64,000 nucleotides of DNA from Halobacteriaceae archaeon (GTDB lineage: Archaea; Halobacteriota; Halobacteria; Halobacteriales; Halobacteriaceae): positions 45,227 through 109,226 of the forward strand of contig JBDGTS010000003.1 of the NCBI GenBank assembly GCA_042216675.1, read 5' to 3'. The notes under the pieces are model-generated. The model made no database searches, was not told the origin of the DNA, and saw nothing but the letters and a program-made list of their open reading frames with translations. The translations under genes and the position numbers were made by a program. Below are positions 39,139-50,570 of this stretch, piece after piece. Each line of letters starts with the position of its first letter. Position 1 is the first letter of the stretch.

Positions 39139-40488
39139 ATGGAAATCGAAATTGCCACTATCGGCGGCTACGAGGAAGTCGGTCGGCAGATGACTGCCGT
39201 CCGCGCCGGCGACGACGTCGTCATCTTCGACATGGGACTGAACCTGTCGAAGGTGCTGCTCCACGACAACGTGGAGACCGAACAGATGCACAGTCTCGAC
39301 CTCATCGACATGGGCGCCATCCCCGACGACCGGGTGATGAGCGACCTCGAAGGCGACGTGCAGGCCATCGTGCCCACGCACGGTCACCTCGACCACATCG
39401 GCGCCATCTCGAAGTTGGCCCACCGGTACGACGCGCCCATCGTCGCCAGCCCGTTCACCATCGAACTCACTCGCGACCAGATCGAGAGCGAGCAGAAGTT
39501 CGGGGTCGAGAACGACCTCGTCAAGATGGAGGCCGGCGAGTCGATGGTCATCGGCGACGAGGGGTGTGAACTGGAGTTCGTCCACGTCACACACTCCATC
39601 ATCGACGCCATCAACCCGGTCCTGCACACGCCCGAGGGCGCCGTCGTCTACGGCCTCGACAAGCGCATGGACCACGACCCGGTCCTCGAGGACCCCATCG
39701 ACATGGAGCGCTTCCGCGAAATCGGTCGCGAGGACGAGGGTGTTCTCTGCTACATCGAGGACTGCACGAACGCCGGCAAGAAGGGGCGCACGCCCAGTGA
39801 ATCCGTCGCCCGCCGGCACCTCGAAGACGCGATGCACAGCATGGCGGATTACGACGGCGGCATCGTCGCCACCACGTTCTCCTCGCACATCTCGCGGGTC
39901 AGCAGTCTCGTCGAGTTCGCACAGGACATCGGCCGTCAACCGGTCCTGTTGGGTCGCTCGATGGAGCACTACTCCGGCACCGCCGAGCGACTCGGCTACG
40001 TCGACTTCCCGGAGGACCTCGGGATGTTCGGGCACCGGAAGTCCGTCGACCGGACGTTCAAGCGAATCATGAACGAGGGCAAGGAGAACTACCTGCCCAT
40101 CGTCACCGGCCATCAGGGCGAACCGCGCGCGATGCTCACCCGGATGGGACGCGGCGAGACGCCCTACGACATCGAGGACGGCGACAAGGTCATCTTCTCG
40201 GCTCGGGTCATCCCGGAGCCGACGAACGAGGGCCAGCGCTACCAGTCCGAGAACCTCCTGCGCATGCAGGGCGCCCGCATCTACGACGACATCCACGTCT
40301 CGGGCCACCTCCGCGAGGAGGGCCACTACGAGATGCTTCAGGCGCTCCAGCCCCAGAACATCATCCCTGCCCACCAGGACATGAAGGGCTTCGCGCCGTA
40401 CGTCGACCTCGCCAGCAGTCAGGGGTACGAGGTCGGGGAAGACCTTCACGTGACCCAGAACGGCAACACGATCACGCTCGTCGAGTGA
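39139..40488 (+). CDS. rnj: ribonuclease J (beta-CASP)
   Basis: [29 protein letters not shown]; GGAGG SD. Confidence 0.95.
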   Translation: MEIEIATIGGYEEVGRQMTAVRAGDDVVIFDMGLNLSKVLLHDNVETEQMHSLDLIDMGAIPDDRVMSDLEGDVQAIVPTHGHLDHIGAISKLAHRYDAPIVASPFTIELTRDQIESEQKFGVENDLVKMEAGESMVIGDEGCELEFVHVTHSIIDAINPVLHTPEGAVVYGLDKRMDHDPVLEDPIDMERFREIGREDEGVLCYIEDCTNAGKKGRTPSESVARRHLEDAMHSMADYDGGIVATTFSSHISRVSSLVEFAQDIGRQPVLLGRSMEHYSGTAERLGYVDFPEDLGMFGHRKSVDRTFKRIMNEGKENYLPIVTGHQGEPRAMLTRMGRGETPYDIEDGDKVIFSARVIPEPTNEGQRYQSENLLRMQGARIYDDIHVSGHLREEGHYEMLQALQPQNIIPAHQDMKGFAPYVDLASSQGYEVGEDLHVTQNGNTITLVE

Positions 40489-40492
40489 CGCC

Positions 40493-41545
40493 ATGACAAC
40501 CGCTCAGGACTCAGAGGGGACCGTGGAGGAGGCCGTCGCCGAGCGACGCGAACTCATCGATTCGGCCCTCGACGAAAAACTGCCGGAGGCGGCACCCGAG
40601 CGCCTGTACGAAGCCTCGCGCTCTATCGTCCTCGCGGGTGGGAAGCGCCTGCGGCCCGCGATGTTGCTGTTGGCCGCTGAAGTGCTGGCCGACGTGGAAC
40701 CGCTCTCGGAGGACTACACGGACTTCCCGGCCCTCTACGACGACGACGTGGACGTGATGTCGGCGGCGGTGAGCATCGAGGTCATCCACTCGTTCACGCT
40801 CATCCACGACGACATCATGGACGACGACGACATGCGGCGGGGCATCCCGGCGGTCCACCGGGCCTACGACACGGAGACGGCCATCCTCGCGGGCGACACG
40901 CTGTACTCCAAGGCGTTCGAGATTATCCTCGGCACCGACGCCAAGCCGGAGCTGAGCCTCGACGCCGTCGACCTGTTGGCCAAGACCTGCACCCACATCT
41001 GCGAGGGGCAGGCGATGGACGTTGGCTTCGAGACGAAACCCGACGTACTCCCCGAGGAGTACCGCGAGATGATCGAACTCAAGACGGCGGTCCTCTACGC
41101 CGCGGCGGCGGCGATGCCCGCCATCGTGATGGGCGCCCGGAGCGCCGTCGTCGACTCCCTCTACCAGTACGGGCTCTGCGTGGGACAGGCGTTCCAGATT
41201 CAGGACGACGTACTCGACCTGACGACGCCCAGCGACAAACTCGGCAAGCAGCGCGGTTCGGACCTCGTGGAGGGCAAGCGGACCATCATCACGCTTCACG
41301 CCCGCGAGCAGGGCGTCGACGTGGACAACCTTCTCGACGACGCCGAGGACGTGGATTCGGTCACCGAGGCCCAAATCGACGAGGCCGTAGCGACGCTCGA
41401 GGAGGCCGGTTCCATCGAGTACGCCACCGAGATGGCCCGGGACCTCGTCGCCGAGGGGAAACGTCACCTCGAAGCGCTCCCCGAGAACGAGGCCCACGAC
41501 ACCCTCGAAGCGGTGGCGGACTACCTCGTCGACCGCGACTACTGA
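40493..41545 (+). CDS. idsA: geranylgeranyl/geranylfarnesyl diphosphate synthase
   Basis: GGKRLRP, HDDIMDDD, CEGQ, FQIQDD. Confidence 0.92.
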   Translation: MTTAQDSEGTVEEAVAERRELIDSALDEKLPEAAPERLYEASRSIVLAGGKRLRPAMLLLAAEVLADVEPLSEDYTDFPALYDDDVDVMSAAVSIEVIHSFTLIHDDIMDDDDMRRGIPAVHRAYDTETAILAGDTLYSKAFEIILGTDAKPELSLDAVDLLAKTCTHICEGQAMDVGFETKPDVLPEEYREMIELKTAVLYAAAAAMPAIVMGARSAVVDSLYQYGLCVGQAFQIQDDVLDLTTPSDKLGKQRGSDLVEGKRTIITLHAREQGVDVDNLLDDAEDVDSVTEAQIDEAVATLEEAGSIEYATEMARDLVAEGKRHLEALPENEAHDTLEAVADYLVDRDY

Positions 41546-41582
41546 ACGACGCCGTTTTGACGCCGCCGGCTGAAGTCGGCCC

Positions 41583-43298
41583 ATGGACGACGACGTACGC
41601 GAGCGGATTCGGGCCGCGGCCGAGCGGCAGGCCCTCTACAACGCACTCGAACACAGTGGCGACGCACAGGTGGGCGCCATCGTCGGCCCCCTGATGGCCG
41701 AGAACCCCGACTTCCGTGAACACGGCGACGAGGTAGCGGGCGTCGTCGCCCCCGTCGTCAACGAGGTGAACGCCATGTCGCCCGCCGAGCAACGCGAGCG
41801 ATTGGGCGAGGTGGCCCCGGACCTCCTCGACGAACTCGACGCCGAGGACGAGGCCGAGGAGGAACCCGCCCTCCCCGACCTGCCGAACGTCGAGGACTAC
41901 GACGAGGTGCGGATGCGCGTCGCGCCCAACCCCAACGGCCCGTGGCACCTCGGCCACGCGCGGATGCCCGCCGTCATCGGGACGTACAAGGACATCTACG
42001 ACGGCTCCTTCCTCGTCCGCTTCGACGACACCGACCCCGAGACGAAGCGCCCTGACCTCGACGCCTACGACCAGATTCTCGACGCCATCGGCTACCTCGG
42101 CTTCGAACCTGACGACGTGATTCGGGCCTCGGACCGACTGGAGACGTACTACGACCACGCCCGACGACTCATCGATGCCGGCGGCGCCTACACCTGCTCC
42201 TGTCCCGCCGGGGAGTTCTCGGACATGAAAAACGCCGGTGAGGCCTGCCCGCACCGCGGCAAGGACGCCGAGACGACCCGCGAGGAGTTCGAGGCGATGG
42301 TCGACGGCGAGTACGACGCCGGCGACATGGTGCTTCGGGTCCGCACGGACATCGAGCACCCGAATCCGGCGCTCCGCGACTGGGTGGCGTTCCGCCTCAT
42401 CGACACGCCCCATCCGCGCCCCGTGGCCGCCGACTACCGCTGTTGGCCGATGCTCGACTTCCAGAGCGGCGTCGACGACCACCTCACGGGCGTCACGCAC
42501 ATCATCCGGGGCATCGACCTACAGGACTCCGCGAAGCGCCAGCGCTTCGTCTACGACTACTTCGACTGGGCGTACCCCGAGGTCATCCACTGGGGCCACG
42601 TGCAGGTCGAAGCCTACGACGTCGAGATGTCGACGTCGACCATCGCCGAGAAAATCGAGGCCGGCGAACTCGACGGCTGGGACGACCCGCGCGCGCCGAC
42701 TCTCGCCAGTCTCCGCCGGCGGGGCATCCGCGGCGAGGCCATCACCGAGGCGATGATCGGACTCGGCACCTCCACCTCGAACGTCGACCTCTCGATGAGC
42801 GCCATCTACTCGAACAACCGCGAACTCGTCGACGACGAGGCGACTCGGCGCTTCTTCGTCCGCGACGGCCAGTCGGTTCCGGTCGTCGACGGTCCCGACG
42901 CGGCCGAACCGCTCTTGCACCCCGACCACGAGGAGCGGGGCACGCGTCACATCCCCGTCGGTGACGCCGTGCGTGTCGAACCTACGGACCTCCCCCCGCA
43001 GGGCGACCGGGTGTGGCTCAAGGGCTACGGCTGTGTCCGCTACGACGGCGAGCGGTTCACCACCACCGGCGACGACATCGTGGCCGTCCGCGAGGAGGGC
43101 GTCGACGTGATTCACTGGGTGCCCGACGCGGAGAGCGTTCCGCTCCGTCTGCGGACGCCCGACGGTGACGAAGAGGGCCACGCCGAACCCGGCCTCACCG
43201 ACCACGACCCCGACGACGTCGTGCAGTTCGTCCGCGTCGGCTACGCTCGCATCGATTCCGTCGCCGAGGAGTCCGTCGCCTACTTCGCCCACGAGTAG
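41583..43298 (+). CDS. gltX: glutamate--tRNA ligase
   Basis: APNPNGPWHLGH, RFDDTDP, THIIRG, MSTS. Confidence 0.96.
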   Translation: MDDDVRERIRAAAERQALYNALEHSGDAQVGAIVGPLMAENPDFREHGDEVAGVVAPVVNEVNAMSPAEQRERLGEVAPDLLDELDAEDEAEEEPALPDLPNVEDYDEVRMRVAPNPNGPWHLGHARMPAVIGTYKDIYDGSFLVRFDDTDPETKRPDLDAYDQILDAIGYLGFEPDDVIRASDRLETYYDHARRLIDAGGAYTCSCPAGEFSDMKNAGEACPHRGKDAETTREEFEAMVDGEYDAGDMVLRVRTDIEHPNPALRDWVAFRLIDTPHPRPVAADYRCWPMLDFQSGVDDHLTGVTHIIRGIDLQDSAKRQRFVYDYFDWAYPEVIHWGHVQVEAYDVEMSTSTIAEKIEAGELDGWDDPRAPTLASLRRRGIRGEAITEAMIGLGTSTSNVDLSMSAIYSNNRELVDDEATRRFFVRDGQSVPVVDGPDAAEPLLHPDHEERGTRHIPVGDAVRVEPTDLPPQGDRVWLKGYGCVRYDGERFTTTGDDIVAVREEGVDVIHWVPDAESVPLRLRTPDGDEEGHAEPGLTDHDPDDVVQFVRVGYARIDSVAEESVAYFAHE

Positions 43299-43336
43299 TA
43301 CGGCCCTTTTTGAGCGCGGCGGTCGAGAATCAGTTC

Positions 43337-43831
43337 GTGCCACGCGAGGCGACGCCCGACGATGTGGCCCGGATTCGCCGCGTCGCGGAGCGCGGGTGGA
43401 ATGCCGCCTACGAGGACAGTCTCTCACAGCGGACCATCGACACAGCGCTCGCGAACTTCTACGACCCGGCGGCCACGCGGGCGGCCATCGAGAGCGACGA
43501 CGGCGTGTTTCTCGTCGCCGAACGGGAGGGGCGCGTCGTCGGCTACGTCATGGGCGACCCGGCGGACGACCCCGGCGTGGCGACGCTCGGCGCCATCTAC
43601 GTCGCACCGTCTCGCTGGGGTGAGGGCATCGGCTCGGCGCTCCTCGGCGCGTTCGAGGACTGGTGTCGGGACCGGGGCTACGACGCGCTCCGCTTTCGCG
43701 TCCTCGCCGAGAACGACGTGGGCCGGTCCTTCTACCGCTCACACGGCTACGAGGCCGTCGACGAGCGAGAGACGGCGCTGTTCGGGGAGTCGGTTCGAGA
43801 ACTCGTGTTCCGCGGGTCGGTTCAGTCGTAG
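43337..43831 (+). CDS. GNAT family N-acetyltransferase
   Basis: IYVAPSRWGEGIGSALL, N...FYRSHG; start uncertain. Confidence 0.85.
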   Translation: MPREATPDDVARIRRVAERGWNAAYEDSLSQRTIDTALANFYDPAATRAAIESDDGVFLVAEREGRVVGYVMGDPADDPGVATLGAIYVAPSRWGEGIGSALLGAFEDWCRDRGYDALRFRVLAENDVGRSFYRSHGYEAVDERETALFGESVRELVFRGSVQS

Positions 43832-46044
43832 CGCTCGCGCTCCGCGCGCGCCGCCGCGTTCCCGTAGGCGTCCACCAGCGGGCGGTAGGCACCGCCGAGC
43901 GCCCGCATGCACTCGCTCGTGGAGTGGTAGCCGAGGTCCTCGGCCACCGTGCCCCAACTCCGGTTCTGGAGGACGCGCGTGACGAGCAGTCGCTCCTCGC
44001 GGGCCGATAGCACGTCGGGGGCCGGGTCCACGAGGTGCGCGACGGCGAGGCGGCGGAACGGACGCGGGTCCACGTCGTACAGCGCCGGACCGTAGGCGGC
44101 GCCGGCGACGAGGCGCCAGTCCCTGTCGTCGAGGTCCGGGTCCGGGTCGGCGTCCGTCGCGCGGAGCGTCGCCCGCACCACGTCAGGGTCCGCGTCGCGG
44201 AGTGCGTCGGCCAAGACGGCGGGCGCGCGGTCCGCGAACCACGCGGCGTGGTCGTCGTGGAGCGTCTGCCCGCGTTCGCTCGTCGGCTTCAGGACGATGG
44301 CCGAGTACTCGCCGCTCGTCTCGTTGCGCGTCGTCGAGAGATGCACCGCGCCGTAGCCGTTCGCGTCCCAGAAATCGAGGAGTTCGGGCGTCGCGCCGAA
44401 CCCGGAGCCGACCCAGTCCGCGTCGGCGCCCGCTTCGACGGCGTCGAGGAGGGCGGAGCCGAGGCCCCGGGAGCGAACGGCGTGGTGCGTCGCGATGCGG
44501 ACGACTCGGACCCCTGCCGCCTCGCCCGCCACCTCGTCCCGGAGTTGGCTCGTCAGCACGTCCGGAATCATGTTGCCGGGGACGCGCCCGCCCTCGTACA
44601 TCTCGGTCCGCCAGTCCGCGGAGAGCGCGCCCTCGCGGGCGAGCAGAGCGACGCTGACGACGTGGCCGTCGTGGCAGAGCGCCCGCACGGAGAGGTTGGG
44701 GGCGTCGAGCAGGCGGGCCAAGTCGTCGGGTTCGGTGCGGTAGTGCGCGGCGACCAGCAAGCCAAACACCTCGCGCAACAGGTGTTCGTCGTCGGCCAAC
44801 TCCGCGCCGGTGGGCGCGCGCTCGGCGACCGTCTCGGGCGTCGCGCCTTCGACGAGCTGGTCCACCGGGGGCCGCGCGTCGAGCAACAGCGCGTGGAACG
44901 CCCACGACTCCACGGGGTCGCCGCCGGCGTAGCGAATCGGCTCGTGGAGGCGGACCGTCGTCACCTCGTGCTCGGAGTCGGCGAGTCGGCCCCGGAAGCG
45001 CACGTCGAAGCCCCGGCCCGCGCCCTCGTAGCCGTGGACCGTCGTCGTGAAGCCGACGGCGTCGACGTCGAGGAACGATTCGAGGCGCCGCACCGGGAGC
45101 GCGGCCGCCTCGTCCACGAGCAGAACGTCGGGGTCGGCGTCGACGGCCTCGGCGACGGGGAGGAATCGCACCGCGCCCCCGCCGGCGTCGAGTCGCTTCG
45201 GCGGGTCCCCGGAGACGGCGTCGAGCGACCCGAGGTCCGAGAGCAGGGCCTCGGCGCGGACGAACACTTCTCGCGCGCTCCGGTACCCCGGGGCCGTCAC
45301 GGCCACGTCGCGCCCCTCGGCGGCGAGGCAGGCGGCCGCGAGACCCGCCGCGGCGGACTTCCCGCGCCCCCGGTCGGACTCGACGACGACTGCCGAATCG
45401 GGGTCCCGCAGGGCTTCGAACGCCGCGACGGCCTCGGCTTGGTCGTCGGTGAGACAGGCCTCGAAGGCCGCAGCGGGGAACGGAGACCCGGCGGGGGGCG
45501 TCGGTGGCGTTCGGGGCCGCCGCGGCGGCGGGTCGGTCAGGCCGTCGTCCCGAACCGCTTCACTGTCGGCGTCGTAGATGGCGACCCCGCGGTGCGCGCG
45601 GAGGGTTTCGACCAGTCGCTCGCGGAAGCGCCCCGTCACGTCGCCCACGTCGAAGGGCGGGACGGCCAGCGACTCGTCGAAGCCGTCGCGGCGCGCGGGC
45701 CACTCCTCGAGGGGCGGCGTCAGGAGGACGAACAGGCCGCCACCGTCGACGGCGCCGACGGTCCGCCCGAGGACGTTCGGCGGGCAGGTGTCGTGAGCGT
45801 CCACGACGACGACGGCCCGCGTCGTTCCGAGTAGCCGGCCTGCGTGGACCGGCGCGATGCGCTCGCAGGCCAGCGCCGACGCCTCGCCGACGAGCGTGGT
45901 TTCCGTACGGGGTACGTCCGCGGCCGCGAGTGCCGTCTCCGCGGCGTCGTAGCACGCGTCGCTGTCGCCGGTAATCACGAGGGCGCGGCGCTCGTCGGCC
46001 GCGCGCGCCTCCGCCCGGAGCGCTCCGGCGAGGTCCGCAATCAT
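43822..46044 (-). CDS. tmcA: tRNA(Met) cytidine acetyltransferase (TmcA/Nat10)
   Basis: [39 protein letters not shown]. Confidence 0.94.
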   Translation of the reverse strand: MIADLAGALRAEARAADERRALVITGDSDACYDAAETALAAADVPRTETTLVGEASALACERIAPVHAGRLLGTTRAVVVVDAHDTCPPNVLGRTVGAVDGGGLFVLLTPPLEEWPARRDGFDESLAVPPFDVGDVTGRFRERLVETLRAHRGVAIYDADSEAVRDDGLTDPPPRRPRTPPTPPAGSPFPAAAFEACLTDDQAEAVAAFEALRDPDSAVVVESDRGRGKSAAAGLAAACLAAEGRDVAVTAPGYRSAREVFVRAEALLSDLGSLDAVSGDPPKRLDAGGGAVRFLPVAEAVDADPDVLLVDEAAALPVRRLESFLDVDAVGFTTTVHGYEGAGRGFDVRFRGRLADSEHEVTTVRLHEPIRYAGGDPVESWAFHALLLDARPPVDQLVEGATPETVAERAPTGAELADDEHLLREVFGLLVAAHYRTEPDDLARLLDAPNLSVRALCHDGHVVSVALLAREGALSADWRTEMYEGGRVPGNMIPDVLTSQLRDEVAGEAAGVRVVRIATHHAVRSRGLGSALLDAVEAGADADWVGSGFGATPELLDFWDANGYGAVHLSTTRNETSGEYSAIVLKPTSERGQTLHDDHAAWFADRAPAVLADALRDADPDVVRATLRATDADPDPDLDDRDWRLVAGAAYGPALYDVDPRPFRRLAVAHLVDPAPDVLSAREERLLVTRVLQNRSWGTVAEDLGYHSTSECMRALGGAYRPLVDAYGNAAARAERERYD

Positions 46045-46167
46045 GCCCGGTCCGTCGCGGCGAACCCGGAAGGGTTCTCCGGTCGGCCGGGCGTCGTGTG
46101 TCCGTCTCGCACGGCATCTCACGTTTGAAAGCGCTTTTATGGACGGGGACCGCTACACAGAGTACAG

Positions 46168-46237
46168 CCCGCGCGGGGTCGATGATACCCGGCCGTCGGG
46201 GGGTAACGGCCGGCGGCCGGGTGCAAGCCCCCGCGGG
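46168..46237 (+). promoter_or_regulatory. structured rpl7ae 5' UTR (probable L7Ae autoregulatory hairpin, k-turn-like)
   Basis: Stems 46168-46178/46228-46237 and 46187-46199/46210-46222 with a GATGA internal loop; TATA TTTTAT at 46135-46140. Confidence 0.6.
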
Positions 46238-46253
46238 ATTCGGTGATCCAGCC

Positions 46254-46616
46254 ATGCCAGTATACGTTGATTACGACGTCCCTGCAGACCTCCAAGACAG
46301 CGCGCTCGACGCGCTCGAGGTTGCGCGGGACACAGGAACGGTCAAGAAGGGAACGAACGAGACAACTAAAGCGGTCGAGCGCGGCAACGCCTCGCTCGTC
46401 GTCATCGCCGAGGACGTTCAGCCCGAGGAAATCGTGATGCACCTGCCCGAACTCGCCGAGGAGAAGGGCATCGCCACGGTTTTCGTCGAGGCGCAGGACG
46501 ACCTCGGTCGCGCGGCCGGCCTCGAGGTCGGCAGCGCCGCCGCGGCCATCGTGGACGCCGGCGACGCAGAGGACGACGTCGAGGACATCGCCGCGAAGAT
46601 AGAGGAACTCCGATAG
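46254..46616 (+). CDS. rpl7ae: 50S ribosomal protein L7Ae
   Basis: [24 protein letters not shown]. Confidence 0.97.
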   Translation: MPVYVDYDVPADLQDSALDALEVARDTGTVKKGTNETTKAVERGNASLVVIAEDVQPEEIVMHLPELAEEKGIATVFVEAQDDLGRAAGLEVGSAAAAIVDAGDAEDDVEDIAAKIEELR

Positions 46617-46620
46617 ACCA

Positions 46621-46845
46621 ATGAGCGCGGAGGAAACTGAAGAGGGCTCCACGCCCGCCGAAGTCATCGAGGTCGTCGGCAAGACCGGGATGCACGGCGA
46701 GGCGATGCAGGTGAAGTGTCGCATCCAAGAGGGTTCGAATCAGGGCCGCATCATCACGCGGAACGTCCTCGGACCCGTCCGCGAGGGCGACGTGCTTCAA
46801 CTGCGTGAGACGGCCCGCGAAGCTGACTCCATCGGTGGTCAATAA
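46621..46845 (+). CDS. rps28e: 30S ribosomal protein S28e
   Basis: [19 protein letters not shown]. Confidence 0.97.
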   Translation: MSAEETEEGSTPAEVIEVVGKTGMHGEAMQVKCRIQEGSNQGRIITRNVLGPVREGDVLQLRETAREADSIGGQ

Positions 46846-47021
46846 TGCCTCAAACCCGCGAGTGTGACTTCTGTGGCGCCGACATCGAGCCGGGCACCGG
46901 CACGATGTTCGTGTACAGTGACGGCGACGCGGTCCACTTCTGCTCGTCGAAGTGCGAGAAGAACGCCGACCTCGGGCGCGAGACGCGCGAGGTCGAGTGG
47001 GCTGGCGGCGAGGAGGAGTAG
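46845..47021 (+). CDS. rpl24e: 50S ribosomal protein L24e
   Basis: Hand-translated, absent from ORF track: [19 protein letters not shown]...FCSSKCEKN. Confidence 0.95.
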   Translation: MPQTRECDFCGADIEPGTGTMFVYSDGDAVHFCSSKCEKNADLGRETREVEWAGGEEE

Positions 47022-47483
47022 ATGAGCCGCGAGCGAACCTTCGTGATGGTGAAGCCCGACGGCGTCCAACGGGGGCTCATCGGCGAAATCGTCTCGCGAC
47101 TCGAAGAGCGCGGCCTGAAGATGGTCGGCGGCAAGTTCATGCGGATCGACCGCGACCTCGCCGAAGAGCACTACGGCGAACACGAGGACAAACCCTTCTT
47201 CGAGGGTCTCGTGGACTTCATCACCAGTGGCCCGGTGTTCGCGATGGTGTGGGAGGGCCAGGACGCCACCCGGCAAGTGCGCAAGATGATGGGCGAGACG
47301 GACCCGGCCGAGTCAGCCCCCGGCACGATTCGGGGCGACTTCGGTCTGGACCTCGGTCGCAACGTCATCCACGGCTCCGACCACGAGGACCCCGGCGCGA
47401 ACGAGCGCGAAATCGCGTTGTTCTTCGACGAGGACGAACTCGTGGACTGGGACCGCGCCGACGAGGCGTGGCTCTACGAGTAG
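47022..47483 (+). CDS. ndk: nucleoside diphosphate kinase
   Basis: [23 protein letters not shown]. Confidence 0.97.
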   Translation: MSRERTFVMVKPDGVQRGLIGEIVSRLEERGLKMVGGKFMRIDRDLAEEHYGEHEDKPFFEGLVDFITSGPVFAMVWEGQDATRQVRKMMGETDPAESAPGTIRGDFGLDLGRNVIHGSDHEDPGANEREIALFFDEDELVDWDRADEAWLYE

Positions 47484-47526
47484 CGTAGGCACACTTTTGA
47501 AGGGGGGCCGACGATTACTGTCGGCC

Positions 47527-47874
47527 ATGAAGTGTTTCGTCTGCGGTCAGGTCGCACCGTCGTACCTGCTGGTCCCCTCGAACGTTCGCGACCCCGAGAC
47601 GCTCCCCGGGGAGCAGGTCGACCTCTCGGCCGAACACGTCACCGAGGCGCTGTGTGGAGAGTGCGCCGAGGAGTACGTCCACGTCGCGGGCGAGGAGCGG
47701 ACGCCCACCTGCATCTTCTGTGACGACCCCGGCGAGTACGACCTGTACCACCTCGACGCCGACGTCCACGCCGGGTCGGAACTCGTGCCGACGGGACCGA
47801 CGCTCGTCGCAAAAGACGTTCTGTGCGACGAACACCTCGACTCGCTCGAAGAAAAGTCGCCGGTCGGGGGGTAG
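47527..47874 (+). CDS. small double zinc-finger-like hypothetical protein
   Basis: CFVC...CGEC and CIFC...CDEH. Confidence 0.7.
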   Translation: MKCFVCGQVAPSYLLVPSNVRDPETLPGEQVDLSAEHVTEALCGECAEEYVHVAGEERTPTCIFCDDPGEYDLYHLDADVHAGSELVPTGPTLVAKDVLCDEHLDSLEEKSPVGG

Positions 47875-48954
47875 TTACTCGGTCCGCACGTCGACGTCGC
47901 CGGCGTCGAGTTCGGCCTCGACTTCGCGGGCGGCGGTGACCATGTTCGCCATCTTCTCGTAGGCCACTTCGCGCGGCAGGAGCTTCAGCCCGCAGTCCGG
48001 GGAGACGGTGAGTCGCTCCGGCGGGACGACTTCGAGACCGTACTCGATGTGCTCTTTGATTTCCGCGACGGACTCCACCGTCGCGTCGTGGGCGTCCACG
48101 ACGCCCAGCGCGAGGTCCTTGTCGTTGCCGAAGGCCGGGTCCTTGAACACGTCCAGTTGCTCGTAGTCGCCGTTGGCGAGTTCGAGGTCGAACTCGTCGA
48201 CGGGGAAGTCCAGAATCTCCGGGTAGATGCGGGAGTAGTCGCCGTAGCAGACGTGGAGGCCCGTGCGCACCTCGTCGGGGATACCCGCGACGATGCGCTC
48301 CAGACAGTCGCCGACGATGGCGTGGTCGTCCGGCGTCGTCGCCAGCGCCGGCTCGTCGATCTGGATGTAGCGGGCGCCGGCCTCGACGAGTGCCTCCACC
48401 TCGCGGTTCACGAGGTCCGCGAGGGCGTTCGCGAGTGCCTCGTCGTCCTCGTAGGCCTCGTTGAACGACCACGACGCGAGGGTGTAGGGTCCGGTGATGG
48501 GCACCTTCACCGGGCGCTCGGCCACGTCGTTCGTGAACTCGAACTCCTCGACGAGCCAGTTCTCGTCGTACTCGACGTCGTCGACGACGCTGGGCTTGTC
48601 GAAGTAGTTGTGGCCCCACACCTTCACCGGGCCGTTGAACTCGTAGCCGGCGATGCGGTGGGCGAAGTACTCCACCATCTCGTTGCGCCGCATCTCGCCG
48701 TCGACGACGGTGTCGAGGCCGCTCCGCTCGTGTTCCTCGACGATGAGGCGGGCGGCGTCGTCCTTGGCCTCCGCCCACGCGTCGTCGCTGACGCGGAGGT
48801 CCGGGCGCGGCGGGTCGTCGCTCTGGGTCTCCTCGTGGAGTTCCCGGGAGCGGTCGAGCCACTTGGGCTTGGGGTAACTGCCGACGACGGTCGTAAGCAG
48901 GAAGTGTTCGTTGTCGTGGTCCGCCGGTCGGAACTGTTCGCGGGTGTCGCTCAT
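47875..48954 (-). CDS. metE: cobalamin-independent methionine synthase (catalytic MetE-like)
   Basis: VGSYPKP, DGEMRR, QIDEP, HVCYG, PDCG. Confidence 0.92.
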   Translation of the reverse strand: MSDTREQFRPADHDNEHFLLTTVVGSYPKPKWLDRSRELHEETQSDDPPRPDLRVSDDAWAEAKDDAARLIVEEHERSGLDTVVDGEMRRNEMVEYFAHRIAGYEFNGPVKVWGHNYFDKPSVVDDVEYDENWLVEEFEFTNDVAERPVKVPITGPYTLASWSFNEAYEDDEALANALADLVNREVEALVEAGARYIQIDEPALATTPDDHAIVGDCLERIVAGIPDEVRTGLHVCYGDYSRIYPEILDFPVDEFDLELANGDYEQLDVFKDPAFGNDKDLALGVVDAHDATVESVAEIKEHIEYGLEVVPPERLTVSPDCGLKLLPREVAYEKMANMVTAAREVEAELDAGDVDVRTE

Positions 48955-49940
48955 GCGTCCACCTCCGTCGCGGCGCCGAGAGCGTGCAGTTTCTCCTCGA
49001 AGCGGTTCACGGGCAGGTAGAACAGTTCGGTGTTGGACGTGAGATACGCCGTCTCGGGCGTGGTGGCGTCCGGCAGGCGGTCCGCGAACCACGTCGCGCG
49101 CTCTTCGATGGTCTCCGGCGACTCGACCAGCGTGTTCTGCCCGTCGACGAGGCCGAGGGCCACGTCGTCGGTCGTGCCGTACTCCGCGACGAGTTCGGCG
49201 CTCTCCTCCGGTGCTGTCACGAGGTCGTAGCCAACGGCGTCCACGTCGGCGTCGAGGACGTGCGCGTGGACCCGTTCGTCGAAGGCCTCCCAGTAGGTGT
49301 GGACGACGACGTCTGCGTCGATGGCACCGGCCACCTCGTCGATGGCCTCGCTGACGCGTTCGTCGACGCCATCTTCGGGCGGTGCGGTGACGAGCGACGG
49401 GTCCGCGAGGAACAGCGTCTCCACCGCCTCGGGGAACGCCGCGGCCTCGCCGGCGAGGAATTCCGCGATGGCGTCGAGGAAGTCGGCCTCGTCGCCGTAG
49501 TGCTCGTCCGTCGCGAGGTCGGCCAGCGAGTAGGGGCCGGGGAGGACCGCCTGCAGGTCGTCGGTCAGTTCCGCGGCGGCGTCGAGTTCCGCGGCCACGT
49601 CGCCGTCGGACGTGAGGTCGCCCTCGACCACCGGCTCTCGGTAGAAGTTGTTGTTGTCGTAGTAGCGCACGATGCCCTCCGTCCGGACGTTGTCGTGGAC
49701 GGTGAGGGGGTGTGCGAGCATGTCGTCCCAGCGGGCCTGCCCCTCGACGACCCGGTCGAGGTCGGCCGCTCGCTGTTCGGCGACGAGGTCCGCGCGCACG
49801 TTCTCGTACACGTCGGTCACTGCGGGCGACTCGTCGCCGCTGACGAGGTCGCTCTTCTGGTGCCCCTTCAGGTCGCTGAGGGCCTCCTTGGCGTCGTCCG
49901 GGAGCGGATACAGCCCCGGTGTCGTGGCGACTAGTTCCAT
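48951..49940 (-). CDS. MetE N-terminal-like subunit
   Basis: EGQARWDD, RYYDNNNFYR, GPYSLA, GLVDGQNT; coupled to the catalytic gene. Confidence 0.88.
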   Translation of the reverse strand: MELVATTPGLYPLPDDAKEALSDLKGHQKSDLVSGDESPAVTDVYENVRADLVAEQRAADLDRVVEGQARWDDMLAHPLTVHDNVRTEGIVRYYDNNNFYREPVVEGDLTSDGDVAAELDAAAELTDDLQAVLPGPYSLADLATDEHYGDEADFLDAIAEFLAGEAAAFPEAVETLFLADPSLVTAPPEDGVDERVSEAIDEVAGAIDADVVVHTYWEAFDERVHAHVLDADVDAVGYDLVTAPEESAELVAEYGTTDDVALGLVDGQNTLVESPETIEERATWFADRLPDATTPETAYLTSNTELFYLPVNRFEEKLHALGAATEVDA

Positions 49941-49994
49941 GTACGTCCACTTCGCCATGCCGGAGCTTAATATTTTCCTTCCGGTCTGATTACC

Positions 49995-50570
49995 CTAGCG
50001 CATCAGCGCCAGCACGGTCAGCGTCTCGAAGGGGAACGACTCCTCGCGGACCGCGGCAGCCGAAAAGCCGTTCTCGGCCCCGCGTTCGGTGACTTCCTCC
50101 ACGCCGGTCAGCGTGCTGACGAGCAAGAGAACTTCCCCCTCCGGCGCGAGGACGCGCCCCACTCTGTCGAGAAACGGGTCCACGACGGCCCGCCCGGATT
50201 CGCCGCCCGTCAGCGCCACCTCCATCCAGTCGTCGCGGGCCGCCTCCTCGTCGGCGGGGAGATAGGGCGGATTGAACAGCACCCGGTCGAAGGCGCCGTC
50301 GCGGAACGGACCCACGAGGTCCGCCCGGACGGCCTGCAGGCCGCGTTCGCGGGCCGCCCGACAGGCGTGCGGGTTCACGTCCGCCGCAATCACGTCGGCG
50401 CTCGTCTCGTCGGCGACGCGCCCGGCGACGTAGCCGGACCCGGTCCCCACGTCGAGTACCGTGTCGTCGTCGTGGACGCGGTCGACGGCCACTTCGGCCA
50501 GCAGGCGGGAGTCCTCCGCCGGCTGATACACCTCCGTCTCGACGTCTCTGCGCTCCGCGAGGTCGGTCAT
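49995..50570 (-). CDS. HemK2/Mtq2 family protein methyltransferase
   Basis: VYQPAEDS, DVGTGSG, NPPY. Confidence 0.92.
   Translation of the reverse strand: MTDLAERRDVETEVYQPAEDSRLLAEVAVDRVHDDDTVLDVGTGSGYVAGRVADETSADVIAADVNPHACRAARERGLQAVRADLVGPFRDGAFDRVLFNPPYLPADEEAARDDWMEVALTGGESGRAVVDPFLDRVGRVLAPEGEVLLLVSTLTGVEEVTERGAENGFSAAAVREESFPFETLTVLALMR

Noticed and set aside
47875-49950. Apparent 691-aa MetE with a long N-terminal extension
   Set aside because: The extension is an off-frame read of the upstream gene; the two-gene MetE arrangement is usual in haloarchaea.
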